Below are positions 13,601-25,954 of a stretch of DNA of 64,000 nt, in pieces. The notes below the pieces were generated by a model. The model searched no databases and had not been told where the DNA came from. It saw only the letters and a program-made list of their open reading frames with translations. Location: assembly GCF_963921235.1 (NCBI RefSeq), contig NC_086097.1, positions 159,590,001 through 159,654,000 on the forward strand, read 5' to 3'. Origin of the DNA: Mobula hypostoma (lineage: Eukaryota). The translations under genes and the position numbers were made by a program. Numbering within the stretch: position 1 is the stretch's first letter; every line of letters starts with the position of its first letter.

Positions 13601-15242
13601 CAGCATCCATTTTAGAACATGGTGAATGAGGTGCTGGATGCACTTTATGGAATCTTGTTGTTCCTCTTCCATTCAGTTCAATTCTGGCCTTCCTGCCTTT
13701 GAGTTTACCAATCCTGTTCTCAAACACCTTCTCAGTAGCATTAAGCAGCAGTACCAGTCTCAAGTTAGCGCTACCATTTGGGCTGCCACTGTCTGTCTGT
13801 TGATTTCACATTGAGAGGTTTGATTGAGTACCAGTCTAGCTGGATTATTCCCAAACATTCACTTCCAAAAAGTGCTGGCCCTCCACGTTTCAACACATAA
13901 AGCTCTAACTGTTGTGATTGGTCTCCACACATCACATTTATTTACAGTTTGCCTTTTTTCATCTGAGACACTTTTTCACCCGTGTAGGTCTTTAGCATTT
14001 CTGAGGTCTTCTTGGAATGGAATCTTAGAAAACACTGTTGTAGTCAGCATCTGGAATTATAGACAAAGCTAACCTTGTATCCAGCTCCATTTTCAGTTTT
14101 ACACCAGACACATCTATTGTGATTCATATTATATTGCAATCTGTTTCAGTAATACTATGCAGTCCTAGGCATGACAGTTCACCTTTGTCAGACTCTAAGC
14201 TGTCTGATTCTATTTTACATTAGGTAACTTTATGCATTTTCTTAGTTTTGTATTTCAGGCTTTTCACTCAGCTGTGTTTTTATCTGCCTTGCACATTCTG
14301 TCTGTGACCTTGTCTGTGACACTCTGCAGACTTTTTCTTTGAACCAACAGTCATTTACATCATGGGAGGTTTTGACACACTGATAACATCTTTGGCTTTT
14401 TGCACCATTCAGGGACATTTTGTGCATTTCACATTCTAACCTCCTTTTCTATAGTTCTGCTGCATCCTTTGCTACAGTCTCTAATGATATTGCATTGGTC
14501 GATGCCCATTCTAAACTTGGATCTCTTTCTGCTAGTAGCCTCATTTTAGTACTTTGACTATGCATGCCACATACAAACCTGCCCCCTTAATGTATCAGAA
14601 AGTCAATTGATCTCTAGAGCCACAATACTGGGAAAGTTTGCACAGTTCTGCAAAGTATTCAGAAAGGTTTTCATCTTTTGACTGGTTCATTTTGTAAAAT
14701 CTAAATCTCTCAGCTATTACCAGTGGTTTAAATCTCAAATGATCTGTAGAATTCCAACAATTTCATCTAATGTCTTGCTTGCTGGCTTTTCAGGAGTTAC
14801 TAAGATTTGTAAGAGACTGTGCGTTCTTGGGCCCATTAAGCTATGAAGCATAGGGGCTTTTTATTTGCTTCTCCATGTTGTTAGCATTACAATACAGTTC
14901 AACTTTCTTGATTCAAGGCTCCCAGCCTTCATTAGTACTATGAAATTCTTCAACTTTCCTGACTAAAGCTATCACCACATTATTGTCACTTTAAATTCAG
15001 CACGTCTTTCATTGTTACTCATGGGTTCTTCAGCTTCCTCGTGCTGTTTAACTCTTGCTGTTTCATCCCTTAATCATGTCATAACTGTCAATGTAGTCCG
15101 TAATATTTTCTGACATTCAGATTCATATTCATCTGTGCATAACTATATATCGATAAAATGAAATAAAATAAATTAAATTACTTAAAATAAATAATTTAAA
15201 TTAAATTAAAAGCACACATGCTCGAGATAGCTTTAACTCCCA
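10697..15242 (-). mobile_element. Inner Gypsy LTR retrotransposon (gag-pol, decayed)
   Basis: Gag knuckle 'CYQCVKTSHDVNDC'. RT motifs 'ICGDLKV' and 'QCYLDDIIVTG'. RNase H 'LACDASPYG'. Integrase 'PWQRVHIDFAG' and 'NGLAE'. PPT at 10892-10905, 3' LTR at 10697-10891, 5' LTR remnant at 15132-15242. Candidate TSD TCAT. Confidence 0.88.
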
Positions 15243-15786
15243 TCATTTGGGATTCTGCAAGGTCGTTTGTCTCTAATACTGAGTCTCTCAAATCTCCAAA
15301 CATACAGGCATTATTCAGTACGTGAAGTTCAACAAATATTGGTCAAAGCTAACTCCTGGTTTCTGATCTCAGGAAGAGCATTTGTATCTCTCAAACCTCA
15401 TGTTTTTACTTGGGGTAAAATACTCCTCAAATTTTGTCATCAGGGTGTCCAATATAAAAGCTGTTGTAGGCGTCCAAAGCATTTTCAGCAATTACACGTA
15501 GAAAAATAGACACTTTTAATTTTTCATCTGCCCCTCCCATTCTGCTAACCGCAAAATCTATGTTGAATTGCTGTTTGAAGGATTTTCCGTTATCCATTAG
15601 ATCACCAGTAAACTGCATAGGTGTGGGAGGGTTAGCTTATCCGTGCTGGGACCTCTTGGCCCCTCACCTAAATTTCTCTTGGTGTATGTGGGAGCAACAT
15701 GGTTTCTGGCCTCGTTGGCCAGCTTTTCTCCATCACTTTTGTCTCTTTCTTAGCCACAGAACAGTATTCATTTCTCCTCCGTGTTA

Positions 15787-15799
15787 ACTTCTGACACCA
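15787..15799 (-). promoter_or_regulatory. Primer-binding site, complementary to the tRNA-Leu(CAA) 3' end
   Basis: TGGTGTCAGAAGT lies immediately after a CA-ending LTR terminus. The tRNA assignment rests on my recall of the vertebrate tRNA-Leu(CAA) end ...ACTTCTGACACCA. Confidence 0.7.
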
Positions 15800-15899
15800 T
15801 GTTATGTTTGCTCTTAATAAAGATTTTCCTGATTCCTTATCTGATCTCTGCTACTCTCCCTTTGCTCAGCTTTTCCACTTCCATTCCCCTCCACAATAG

Positions 15900-15977
15900 C
15901 ACACACACACACACACACACACACTCTCTCTCTCACTCTCACTCACTCTCTCTCTCTCTCACTCTCACACACACACT
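15900..15977. repeat. Compound (CA)n/(CT)n microsatellite
   Basis: Read directly from the sequence. Confidence 0.95.
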
Positions 15978-16479
15978 GTATACACTATCCATTTCTAATG
16001 AACTAAGGACATTACTTGAACCATTAATGAAAGCATTTGCCCTTTCATGGTTCCATACTTAATTGCACTGAAGACCATGAAGACATTGCAAAAGGGTTTC
16101 TCACTTAACTGTCTATAAGCATTAGCTTCCTACTTCCTTTTCTTACAATTCAGATTCTCAACTCCTGTCTAATTGCTTTGTGCCTCTACCCAAAGGAAAT
16201 TAGCAGGAATGAAATGTATTTCAAAATAATAATTGTAAAAGAAAAATGTCATGCATCACTGAACATCTTCTTAAATAAATAATTAAACTGAAGTATTGGT
16301 TGCTTCTATTTATTGGGACTGGAAGAAAGACACTTTGTTCCCAACTAGATAATGATTATCTTTTGAAATCTGATGTCAGTTTTCAGTCTTTAATGTTACT
16401 AGTTTATTCAGAGATAATGTATTTTATTCCCCTGAAAGTTCAAAGCTTGTTATTTTGTTCCTTTGTTCAGACTCCCAGT

Positions 16480-17870
16480 ATGTACACAATTCTCTCTCTT
16501 TCCTTTTTAAGCAGTGGAATTACTGTTGCTACCTTTCAGTATATAGGAACTGATCCAGAGTCCAACGGATATTGGAAAGTGATCACCAGTTTGTTCCCAG
16601 CACTTTGTTATTATAGCTTAAATTCTTCCCCATAAATCTAACAAACACATTCCCAATCCTTTGAATACAACCATATGCATGTATGCATATAACCATCCCA
16701 TATGCACAGATTGTACCTTCTCTGGAACTGGTTCCAATGATCCAGTAACCTAAATCCTTCCCTTCTGCAATATCTCTCTAGCCATGCATTAATTTGATCT
16801 GTTGTCTTGTTCTTATACCAATAGGATGTGCTACTGGGTGTAATTCTAGGATTGCTATCTGTAAGTTCCTGTCTTTCAGAGTATATGCTAATTCCTCAAA
16901 TACATCTTGCTATCTCTTTATTGCCTACTGTATGTTGATAGTACTGATATGCACCAAAACCATTAGCTGCTCACCCATCCTCTTCGGGATGCTCCGTAGC
17001 CACTCTGTGACTTCCCAGTGTGACAAAAGACCAAGTTATCAGAAGATTGATGCCGATAAGAGAGATAAGAGAGAGAGACAATGGGGAAAAATTTAAAATG
17101 CTAATATGAGAGACGAGCGAGATTAACGAAAAGAGACACAGTTCCGAGTATTGTCAGACCGGTTGCTTTGAACCTGAACTGTTTGAAGTTTGATGGACAG
17201 GCGATACCCCAGCAGGGGGATAAAAGGAACAGGTTCACTAAGGCAAGCGACACACCACGACACCACGAGATAACGAGACCCTTGAAGTGCGTTGTGCCCC
17301 CCCACATGTTGGTGGAGGTTTTGGAGGTCTGGTCGCGGGACGCACAAGGTGGAAAGGTATGATCGGCGGGAACCTGGTGTGTGTGTCTGCCCTTGCCTGG
17401 GTGCCGGGTTCACCACAGAAGAACGATCGTATCCGGAACGGAGGGGTCACAGTCGGTGACCTCGGAAGTCATTACTAAGGGTTCGCCCGAAAGCTAACTG
17501 CGAGGAATATCAAAAGGTCTGTTTGAATCCGATTTGAATATCATCACACGCTCTCTCTCTCCCCCCAACGGCACAACAGCGATTACTGCGAACTGAACTA
17601 AACTGAACTGAACTCTGCGTCACTTGAGACTGATCATTTTACCCCTAGACTGCGATAGAGCTTGATTGATCCTATTATCCTAGTTCTGTGTACATGTGTG
17701 TTTTATCATTGCTAACCTGTTGCATTTATATCCTTATGATTAGAGTACTGTGTTGCTTATTTCTTTAATAAAACTTCCTTAGTTCCAGTAATCCAGACTC
17801 CAACTAAGTGGTCCATTTCTGCTGGTTTGGCAACCCAGTTACGGGGTACGTAACACCAGGCACAAATAGC
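16480..17870 (-). mobile_element. Old CR1 fragment including ORF1 esterase-like sequence; host of the solo LTR
   Basis: The minus strand gives decayed 'PG..V.E.L.SI..R.GEQ..V.VHI.T..I' across the LTR insertion point. Confidence 0.5.
17019..17855 (+). mobile_element. Solo LTR, 837 bp
   Basis: Termini TGTGAC...GTAACA. 4-bp TSD CCAG at 17015-17018 and 17856-17859. TATA-like GATAAAAG at 17219-17226, AATAAA at 17767-17772. CpG-rich. Confidence 0.9.
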
Positions 17871-18069
17871 ACTGACAACTTGTTTTCATTGTGAGACGGT
17901 TTCCTCATATTTGGGGTCAAATTAGATTGAAAAGCCTTCTCTATCATTTGTTATAAGAGCTTTTACACAAAAGTACCAAATCATTGATAGTAGTAGAAAA
18001 ACATTTCTGAAGGTCTGGGTTTTGCAAATAGTGTCATCTGAGCTCAATGAAGGACCCCCACGAAAATCA

Positions 18070-18312
18070 CGTTATGTTTGTAACTTCAAAACATTAAACT
18101 AATTCAAGTAAGATTGGGAGCCTGGGATGCGGGTGTAACTTCAGTTTTACTTTAAGCGAGGTGCGCACATATCACATAGTAAGCTGATGATATAGGCAAT
18201 AACATATTTTTAATATACTCCGTAATTAGTTATTTAAATAAATGTGAATGTTTAATCAAACAATATAATTACAAGATTACTCAAATGCAATTGAAATATC
18301 AAATACACAACA
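18070..18312 (-). mobile_element. Short solo LTR (~243 bp), Gypsy-type
   Basis: Termini (C/T)GTTATG...ACAACA with flanks AATCA and AATTA (4/5 TSD). The terminus GTTATGTTTG matches the LTR end next to the PBS at 15800. Confidence 0.65.
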
Positions 18313-18855
18313 AATTATCCCTTCTTTTGATAATAATGTGCATTGGCACAACCACTGGATCAGTACTTTACAATTCATTCTTTACACAATGATATTTTCT
18401 TTAATTTTCTATGCACAACTGCACAAAACAGTGAAACAATATTCCTGCCCTTGAGGTACTGCAGCTAATGTCCTACTTATTGGAGCAGGTTATGTATTTA
18501 ATTGTTCTTTGTAACTACCTCAGGCCTTTGTTTCATCGTAGCTTATCAAACAGACTTTTTCTCGCTGCTGATTGGTTATTATTTCATCACCATTCTGCTT
18601 TAAGGTTAGGCAAGGTTACAAATTAAGACAAAATTTGGGAATATTTTGCAGAAATGAAGCGTTATTTGTCTTATTTAAAGTACAGATGCTTTACTCAGTC
18701 TTGTTGGACATCTGTTAATTTTTGACCCTTTCTAATGGTTCCTTGATTTAAGAACCCTCTTAAAGAGCAGAGAAGGAGGAAGAGAAGAGGGGTTCTGATG
18801 AGGATGACCTTTCTCCTCAAAATATACTGGGATCTCTTTCCCCGCATACAACCAA

Positions 18856-19105
18856 GCAGTAGCATAGCGGTAAGCATAACATTATCATAGCGCCAGTGAC
18901 CAGGGTTCAATTCCAAATCCGTCTGTAAGGAGTCTGTATGTTCTCCTTGTGACCACAAGGGTTTCCTCTGAGTGCTCCGGTTTCCTCGTACATACCAAAG
19001 ATGTGCGGGTTGGTAGTTTAATTTCCCACATGGATGCAACTGGGTGGTGAGGGCTCATTGAGCCTGAATGTCCTACTTCCATGCTGTATCTCTAAATAAA
19101 ATAAA
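18856..19105 (+). mobile_element. tRNA-derived V-SINE (HE1-like)
   Basis: A box TAGCATAGCGG (18860-18870) and B box GGTTCAATTCC (18904-18914). V-domain 'gggtttcctctgagtgctccggtttcctc'. (TAAAA)n tail. Confidence 0.85.
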
Positions 19106-19564
19106 TCATAAATGTTCTGCGGCCGAGGTCATAAGGAAATTTATGGAAACTCCCTTTGAAATTTTCAAACTGTGATTGCACTGTCTGGAGCATTTCAGAA
19201 GCACCCTGCAGTTGAAAGCAGTGATGAACATATGCTTTGTTGTCAATTACTCCGTCTTCTCCAACATGAAGCAAAATCATTGCTCATTGCAGAGGATGGG
19301 AAGAAGTGGAAATGATCAAGAAGAGAGATAAGAAGGTTGTAGGGAATAACTAAGAGAGACTCTTTCCTACATCAATGCTTCCTCATAACATAAAGTTCAA
19401 ACCTTTGACCAACAAGTGTTCCCATTTTCTCTATAACCTGATCTTCCTCGGGATTGCTTTGAGGCCCAGAGATTCATGTGCAGTTCCTCTCTCAGTAGCT
19501 CAAGCCACGTACAATGTGACAGAGGTGGAGGGACTGAGCATTTTTACATCATAAGGTGGGAAAA

Positions 19565-19900
19565 AGTATGGTCAGTACTGTTCTCAGCTTTCATTCCAGA
19601 ACACTTGACATGCATTTCTTCTTCAAAGAATGGGGTTTCTTTTTCTCTACCATAGATACTGCCTTCACCTGCATCTCCTCCATTTGCTGGACATCCATCC
19701 TCAGCCCACCTTCCTGCCATCATGACAGGGATAGAGTTCCCCTTGTCCTTACCTACCACTCTGCAAGCCTCCACATCTAGCACATCATTCTCCATAACTT
19801 CTGCTATCTTCTATGTCTCCGACAACAAAATGTATCTTTTTCCCCCTCCCCACTCTCCATTTTCTGCAGGGATCATCCCTTCCATGATTCCCTTGTTCAT
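19565..19900 (+). mobile_element. Penelope-like element internal fragment
   Basis: 'FHSRT..M..FFKEWGF' and 'DRVPLVLTYH' match the 56471-57874 ORF. Confidence 0.8.
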
Positions 19901-20115
19901 TCAAAATATATTTTACACATGTTGTTCGAGACTGGGAACATTCATAAATAATGGTGGGTGTGATGATGTTCACCACCATATATTTTATCAAATTAATTGG
20001 GTAAAAAGAATATGGTATAGCGTATTAATGTGGGGCTGAACTGTAGCATCTTAAACTAAAAATTGGATTTCAAGAACAAATGACATTGGATACTCAAAAT
20101 CAGTTAAAATGAGGC

Positions 20116-20530
20116 CATAAGATCATAAGACATAGGAGCAGAATTAGGCTATCTGACCTGTCGAGTCTGCTCCGCCATTCAATCATGGCTGATCCTTTCT
20201 TTCCATCTCCTCCTCAACCCCAGTTTCTGGCCTTCTTCCTGTAACCTTTGATGCCATGTCCAATCAAGACCCTATCAACGTCTGCTTTAAATACACCAAA
20301 TGACCTGCCTCCACAGCTACGTGTGGCAAAAATTCCACAAATTCACCACCGTTTGGCTAACAAAATTTCTCTGCATCTCTTTTTTGAAAGGGCACCTCTC
20401 TATCCTGAGGCTACGCCCTCTTGTTCTACCACCATGGGAAACATCCTATCCACATGTACTCTGTCTAGACCTTTCAACAGTCAAAAGGTTTCAATGAGAT
20501 TCCCCTGTCATCCTTCCGAATTCCAGTGAG
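20116..20530 (-). mobile_element. CR1 LINE 3' end
   Basis: Has a (CATAAGA)-type tail on the plus strand and 3' sequence homologous to 405-810. Confidence 0.8.
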
Positions 20531-20659
20531 GAAGAGCTGGAAACATTCAGACGGTCAGTCAGTATCAAAATGCTTATGTTTTATAACTGTAAAGTCATGT
20601 ATTGAAATTAATATTTGAATACGTGACTTTACAGTTTTTATATCCATGTGTTGTTGCGG

Positions 20660-21106
20660 GAATAAAGGAGGCCTTTTCTGGTAGGCTGCTGGTAAGTAGT
20701 GGTGTTCCACAAAAGTCTAAATTGTGATCGTTTCTTTTCATGTTGTATATCAATGATTTTGATGACAGAATTGAAGGCATTGTGGCCAAGTTTGCAGATG
20801 ATACGAAGATCGGTGGAGGGGCTGGTAGTGTTAAGGAAGCAGGGAGCTTGCAGAAGGACTTAGACAGAATGGGAGAACATTAAAGAAGTGGCAGATGAAA
20901 TATAGTGTAAGGTAATGTATGTTCATGCACTTTAGTAGAAGGAATAAAGGTGTAAGTTTTCTAAATAGGGAGAAAATTCAAAAATCAGAGGTGCAAACAA
21001 ACTAAGAAGTCCTCGTGCAGGTTGAGTTACAGGTTCAGTCAGTAGTAAAGAAAACAAATGCAATGTTAGGATTTATTTCAAGAGGACTAGAATGTAAGAG
21101 CAAGGA
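20660..21106 (+). mobile_element. CR1 RT fragment; its 3' end continues at 21202-21249 and 24143-24305
   Basis: 'KFADDTKIGG' is encoded at 20788-20818. The host sequence rejoins across the 21250-24142 insertion (gaagtgg|agtttgatagg). Confidence 0.75.
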
Positions 21107-21201
21107 TCACACACAAAATTCTGGAGGGACTCAGCAGGCCAGGCAGCATCTAGGAAAAAGAGTAAACAGTTGATATTTCAGGCCGAAACCCTTCATCAGG
21201 G
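21107..21201 (-). mobile_element. Penelope-like terminal fragment with hammerhead core
   Basis: Minus strand reads CTGATGA-A-GGG-TTTCGG-CCT-GAAA-TATC, followed by the conserved 'gatgctgcctggcctgctgag' tail. Confidence 0.75.
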
Positions 21202-21249
21202 CATGACAGATTGCTGTGGAAGCCAAGTCATTGAGTATATTCGAAGTGG

Positions 21250-24142
21250 TAAAAATCTTCTGAGGTGTATATATCTCAATGCTAGGAGTATTGCGGGGAA
21301 GGCGGATTAGTTGAGGGCGTGGATTGACACATGGAATTATGACGTTGTAGCAATTAGTGAAACTTGGCTACAGGAGGGGCAGGACTGGCAGCTTAATATT
21401 CCAGGGTTCCGATGTTTCAGATGTGATCGAGGCAGAGGAATGAAAGGTGGGGGAGTGGCATTGCTTGTTAGGGAAAATATTACAGCAGTGCTCAGGCAGG
21501 ACAGACTAGAGGGCTTGTCTACTGAGTCCTTGTGGGTGGAGCTGAGAAACAGGAAAGGTATGGCCACATTAGTGGGATTGTATTACAGACCACCCAATAG
21601 TCAAAGAGAACTGGAAGTGCAAATCTGCAGAGAGATAGCAGACAACTGCAGGAAACATAAAGTTGTGGTGGTAGGGGATTTTAATTTTCCATATATTGAT
21701 TGGGTCTCCCATACTGTTAGTGGTCTAGATGCTTTAGAGTTTGTAAAATGTGTTCAGGAAAGTTTTCTAAATCAATATATAGAGGGACCAACTAGAGGGG
21801 ATGCAATATTGGATCTCCTGTTAGGAAACGAGTTAGGACAAGTGACAGAAGTCTGTGTAGGGGAGCACTTTGGTTCCAGTGATCATAACACCATTAGTTC
21901 AACTTGATCATGGACAAGGATAGATCTGGTCCTAGGGTTGAGGTTCTTAACTGGAAGAAGGCCAAATTTGAAGAAATGAGAAAGAATCTAAAAAGCGTGG
22001 ATTGGGACAGGTTGTTCTCTGGCATGGATGTGATTGGTAGGTGGGAAGCCTTCAAAGCAGAAATTTTGAGAGTGCAGAATTTGTATGTTCCTGTCAGGAT
22101 TAAAGGCAAGGTGAATAGGAATAAGGAACCTTGGTTCTCAAGGGATATTGCAACTCCGATAAAGAAGAAGAGGGAGTTGTATGACGTGTATAGGAAGCAG
22201 GGAGTAAATAAGGTACTTGAGGAGTATAAGAAGTGCAAGAAAATACTGAAGAAAGAAATCAGGAGGGCTAAAAGAAGACATGAGGTTGCCTTGGCAGTCA
22301 AAGTGAAGGATAATCCAAAGAGCTTTTACAGGTACATTAAGAGCAAAAGGATTGTAAGGGATAAAATTGGTCCTCTTGAAGATCGGAGTGGTTGGCTATG
22401 TGTGGAACCAAAGGGAATGGGGGAGATCTTAAATAGGTTTTTTGCGTCTGTGTTTACTAAGGAAACTCACATGAAGTCTATGGAATTAAGGGAAACAAGT
22501 AGTGAGATCATGGAAACTGTACAGATCGAAAAGGAGGAGGTCCTTGCTGTCTTGAGGAAAATTAAAGTGGATAAATCCCCGGGACCTGACAGGGTGTTCC
22601 CTCGGACCTTGAAGGAGACTAGCGTTGAAATTGCAGGGGCCCTGCAGAAATATTTAAAATGTCGCTGTCTACAGGTGAGGTGCCGGAGGATTGGAGAGTG
22701 GCTCATGTTGTTTCATTGTTTAAAAAAGGATCGAAAAGTAATCCGGGAAATTATAGGCCAGTAAGTTTAACGTCGGTAGTAGGTAAGTTATTGGAGGGAG
22801 TACTAAGAGACAGAATCTACAAGCATTTGGATAGACTGGGACTTATTAGGGAGAGTCAACATGGCTTTGTGCGTGGTAGGTCATGTTTGACCAAGCTATT
22901 GGAGTTTTTTGAGGAGGTTACCAGGAAAGTGGATGAAGGGAAGGCAGTGGATATTGTCTACACGGACTTCAGTAAGGCCTTTGACAAGGTCCCGCATGGG
23001 AGGTTAGTTAGGAAAATTCAGTCACTAGGTATACATGGAGAGGTGGTAAATTGGATTAGACATTGGCTCGATGGAAGAAGCCAGAGAGTGGTGGTAGAGA
23101 ATTGCTTCTCTGAGTGGAGGCCTGTGACTAGTGGTGTGCCACAGGGATCAGTGCTGGGTCCATTGTTATTTGTTATCTATATCAATGATCTGGATGATAA
23201 TGTGGTAAATTGGATCAGCAAGTTTGCTGATGATACAAAGATTGGAGGTGTAGTAGACAGTGAGGAAGGTTTTCAGAGCCTGCAGAGGGACTTGAACCAG
23301 CTGGAAAAATGGGCTAAAAAATGGCAGATGGAGTTTAATACTGACAAGTGTGAGGTATTGCACGTTGGAAGGACAAACCAACGTAGAACATACAGGGTTA
23401 ATGGTAAGGCACTGAGGAGTGCAGTGGAACAGAGGGATCTGGGAATACAGATACAAAATTCCCTAAAAGTGGCGTCACAGGTAGATAGGGTTGTAAAGAG
23501 AGCTTTTGGTACATTGGCCTTTATTAATCAAAGTATTGAGTATAAGAGCTGGAATGTTATGATGAGGTTGTATATGGCATTGGTGAGGCCAAATCTGGAG
23601 TATTGTGTTCAGTTGTGGTCACCAAATTACAGGAAGGATATAAATAAGGTTGAAAGAGTGCAGAGAAGGTTTACAAGGATGTTGCCGGGACTTGAGAAAC
23701 TCAGTTACAGAGAAAGGTTGAATAGGTTGGGACTTTATTTCCTGGAGTGTAGAAGAATGAGGAGAGATTTGATAGAGGTATATAAAATTATGATGGGTAT
23801 AGATAGAGTGAATGCAAGCAGGCTTTTTCCACTGAGGCAAGGGGAGAAAAAAACCAGAGGACATGGGTTTAGGGTGAGGGGGGGAAAAGATTAAAGGGAA
23901 CATTATGGGGGGCTTCTTCACACAGAGAGTGGTGGGAGTATGGAATGAGCTGCCAGACGAGGTGGTAAATGTGGGTTCTTTTTTAACATTTAAGAATAAA
24001 TTGGACAGATACATGGATGGGAGGTGTATGGAGGGATATGGTCCGTGTGCAGGTCAGTGGGACTAGGCAGAAAATGGTTCGGCACAGCCAAGAAGGGCCA
24101 AAAGGCCTGTTTCTGTGCTGTAGTTTCTATGGTTTTCTATGG
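21250..24142 (+). mobile_element. Young CR1-clade LINE with nearly complete ORF2 (APE + RT), truncated at the ORF2 start
   Basis: Motifs 'YLNARSI', 'ISETWL', 'GGGVALL', 'GDFN', 'SDH', 'PGNYRPVSLTS', 'SQHGF', 'DFSKAFDKV', 'GVPQGSVLGP', 'FADDTK'. One stop near 21308 and frameshifts near 21900, 22640 and 23885. (TTCTATGG)-type tail. Confidence 0.95.
22659..23894 (+). pseudogene. Uninterrupted RT domain segment (411 aa) of CR1 ORF2
   Basis: The track ORF carries all the canonical CR1 RT motifs. It is disconnected from the upstream APE domain by frameshifts. Confidence 0.9.
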
Positions 24143-25954
24143 AGTTTGATAGGTTTTTGATTATTCAGGTCATCAAAGGTTACAGGGAGGAAGGCAGAAG
24201 AATGTAGTTGAGAAGGATAATAAATTAGTAACGATGGAATGGTGGAGCATACTCAATAGGCCATGTGTCCTAATTCTGCTTCTATATCTTATAGTCTTAT
24301 GGTCTAAGCTGTTCTTATTGTCCATCTCTGGGTACCCACGAGAACCTGCACTAGTGAACTGCTCCAGGCTTGATGTGATGCTTGATGTATGATGGACAAT
24401 TAAATGCTGCTGAAGAAATCTAAATGGCGTTTTGAAATTAAAACATATACATTTACTAGTAAGTGAGGGCATCAGAAGTTCCAGCCATGTAAATGGAATA
24501 AATTTCATAAGCAAGGGACCTATCCAATGTAAGTAAGATTGCTTGTTTGAATGTGTTTCCAAACCCTTCATAGCATGAGCACCAAGTGTCCAGTCAAATC
24601 ATTTGTTTTTCAATCTCCAACATTTGTATGGAATTAAGAAAAGTATTAAAAATAATGAAAAAAATCCTCTTTTAGGACCCATGTGAATATTCCCCCAGAC
24701 TTTTCAGCAGCTTTCAGGAAACAATCTTTAACTTGTAGAGACTCTGGATAATACTGGTGAAAGACACTTCAGAGCAGATGGAAGTATGTTACACATTAGG
24801 ATTCATTTCTTCACATAGAGTCTGAAGGACTGAGTTATGCTTATGGTTTTAAAATGAAGTTAAAAGCAATGACTACAATCTGCAGGTGCTGATCTTGGGT
24901 ACAGAAACCAGAAAGGAACAGAATTGTCACCATTTTTAATTATTCCACGAATCATGATCTTCCCTCCAGCTGTACCTCCTGATACTCGCCACCCTCCTCA
25001 GCACACCATCTCTTGTTCTATAGACATACTTTGAAAGTTGCCTTTAATCACCAGATCCAGTATTTCCTTTGCTGGCTCAATGATAATTTTTTTGATAACT
25101 GCTGAATAGAATGACTTCAGTAATTTAAAAAAAAATAGTTTACAAAAATAAATGTTATTCACGGCTGTTTAGAAAGGTTCAACAGGTAGTTCAGCATTTT
25201 GTGCCCCTAAAACTAGGAATCTGACGTAAACAAGTGCAGAGTAGCTTTAAGAGTTTCTCTCAGAGATTTATAATGGGAATGCTCAGTAGCTAAAGCCTGA
25301 GGCGGAACAGTCAGAGCAGAATAGATTAGAGAGTTTATGTTTGTCTATTTTAGTTCTTCTTTTCCTGTGGCCTTTTCTGTTAGTTATAAAGTCATTGAGT
25401 CATACAATTGAACAGCATGGAAATAAGTTATTTGACCTAACATCCTCAGTGATCACTGAGCTTCTTCTGTCTAAAGTGCTCATTTAGAAACTTCTTAAAT
25501 ATTGTCAATGACCCATATTCAACCACTCTCTCAGGAAGTGCATTCCAGGTACTTCCCACTTGCTGCATGAAGAAAAGTTTCCTCTTTCCCCTTTATGTTT
25601 CTTACTGCTTATTCTAAATCCATGTCCTCTGGTTTTATCCACCTCTAATATGCTATAAACCACATAATTTTATATATCTCAGTCATGTTCCCTCTTAACT
25701 GCTTCTACTCCATGAAGAGCAGACCTAACTTCTCTATCCTCCCCTCATAACTGAACCTCAGAAAAATCCTGGTGAATCTCCTCTGAACACGCTCCAGCTG
25801 TACCTCCTAGAATTTCCTCACAATACTTGCCAATCTTCCTAGCATGCCCTCCCTTATTCTTTAAGAACATCATTTTTTACCACCAGTTAAGTCTCCTCAG
25901 TTTAGTGGGTCAGTAATGAATTGTATTTATTTATTTATTATTTCAAATTATTCA

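Larger units (their letters stand above)
9765..15825 (-). mobile_element. Outer Gypsy LTR retrotransposon, internally deleted and split by a nested element
   Basis: PBS TGGTGTCAGAAGT (15787-15799) follows an LTR end ...TAACA. Gag N-terminus at 15250-15650 ('FKQQF', 'FGDLRDS'). Gag C-terminus at 10239-10696 ('ELRERLL', two Cys-His knuckles). A polypurine tract and an LTR start TGTATTTG lie near 9794. Confidence 0.75.

Noticed and set aside
18750..19330. Acidic open stretch 'AEKEEEKRGSDEDDL' and a faint Harbinger-transposase-like 'CLEHFRSTLQ'
   Set aside because: The apparent stop and donor belong to the adjacent SINE head, and the transposase similarity is too weak to call by eye.
24460..24528. 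69-bp open candidate exon ending in GTAAGT
   Set aside because: The polypyrimidine tract is poor, there is no recognisable product, and I could not build a convincing exon chain with the other candidates.
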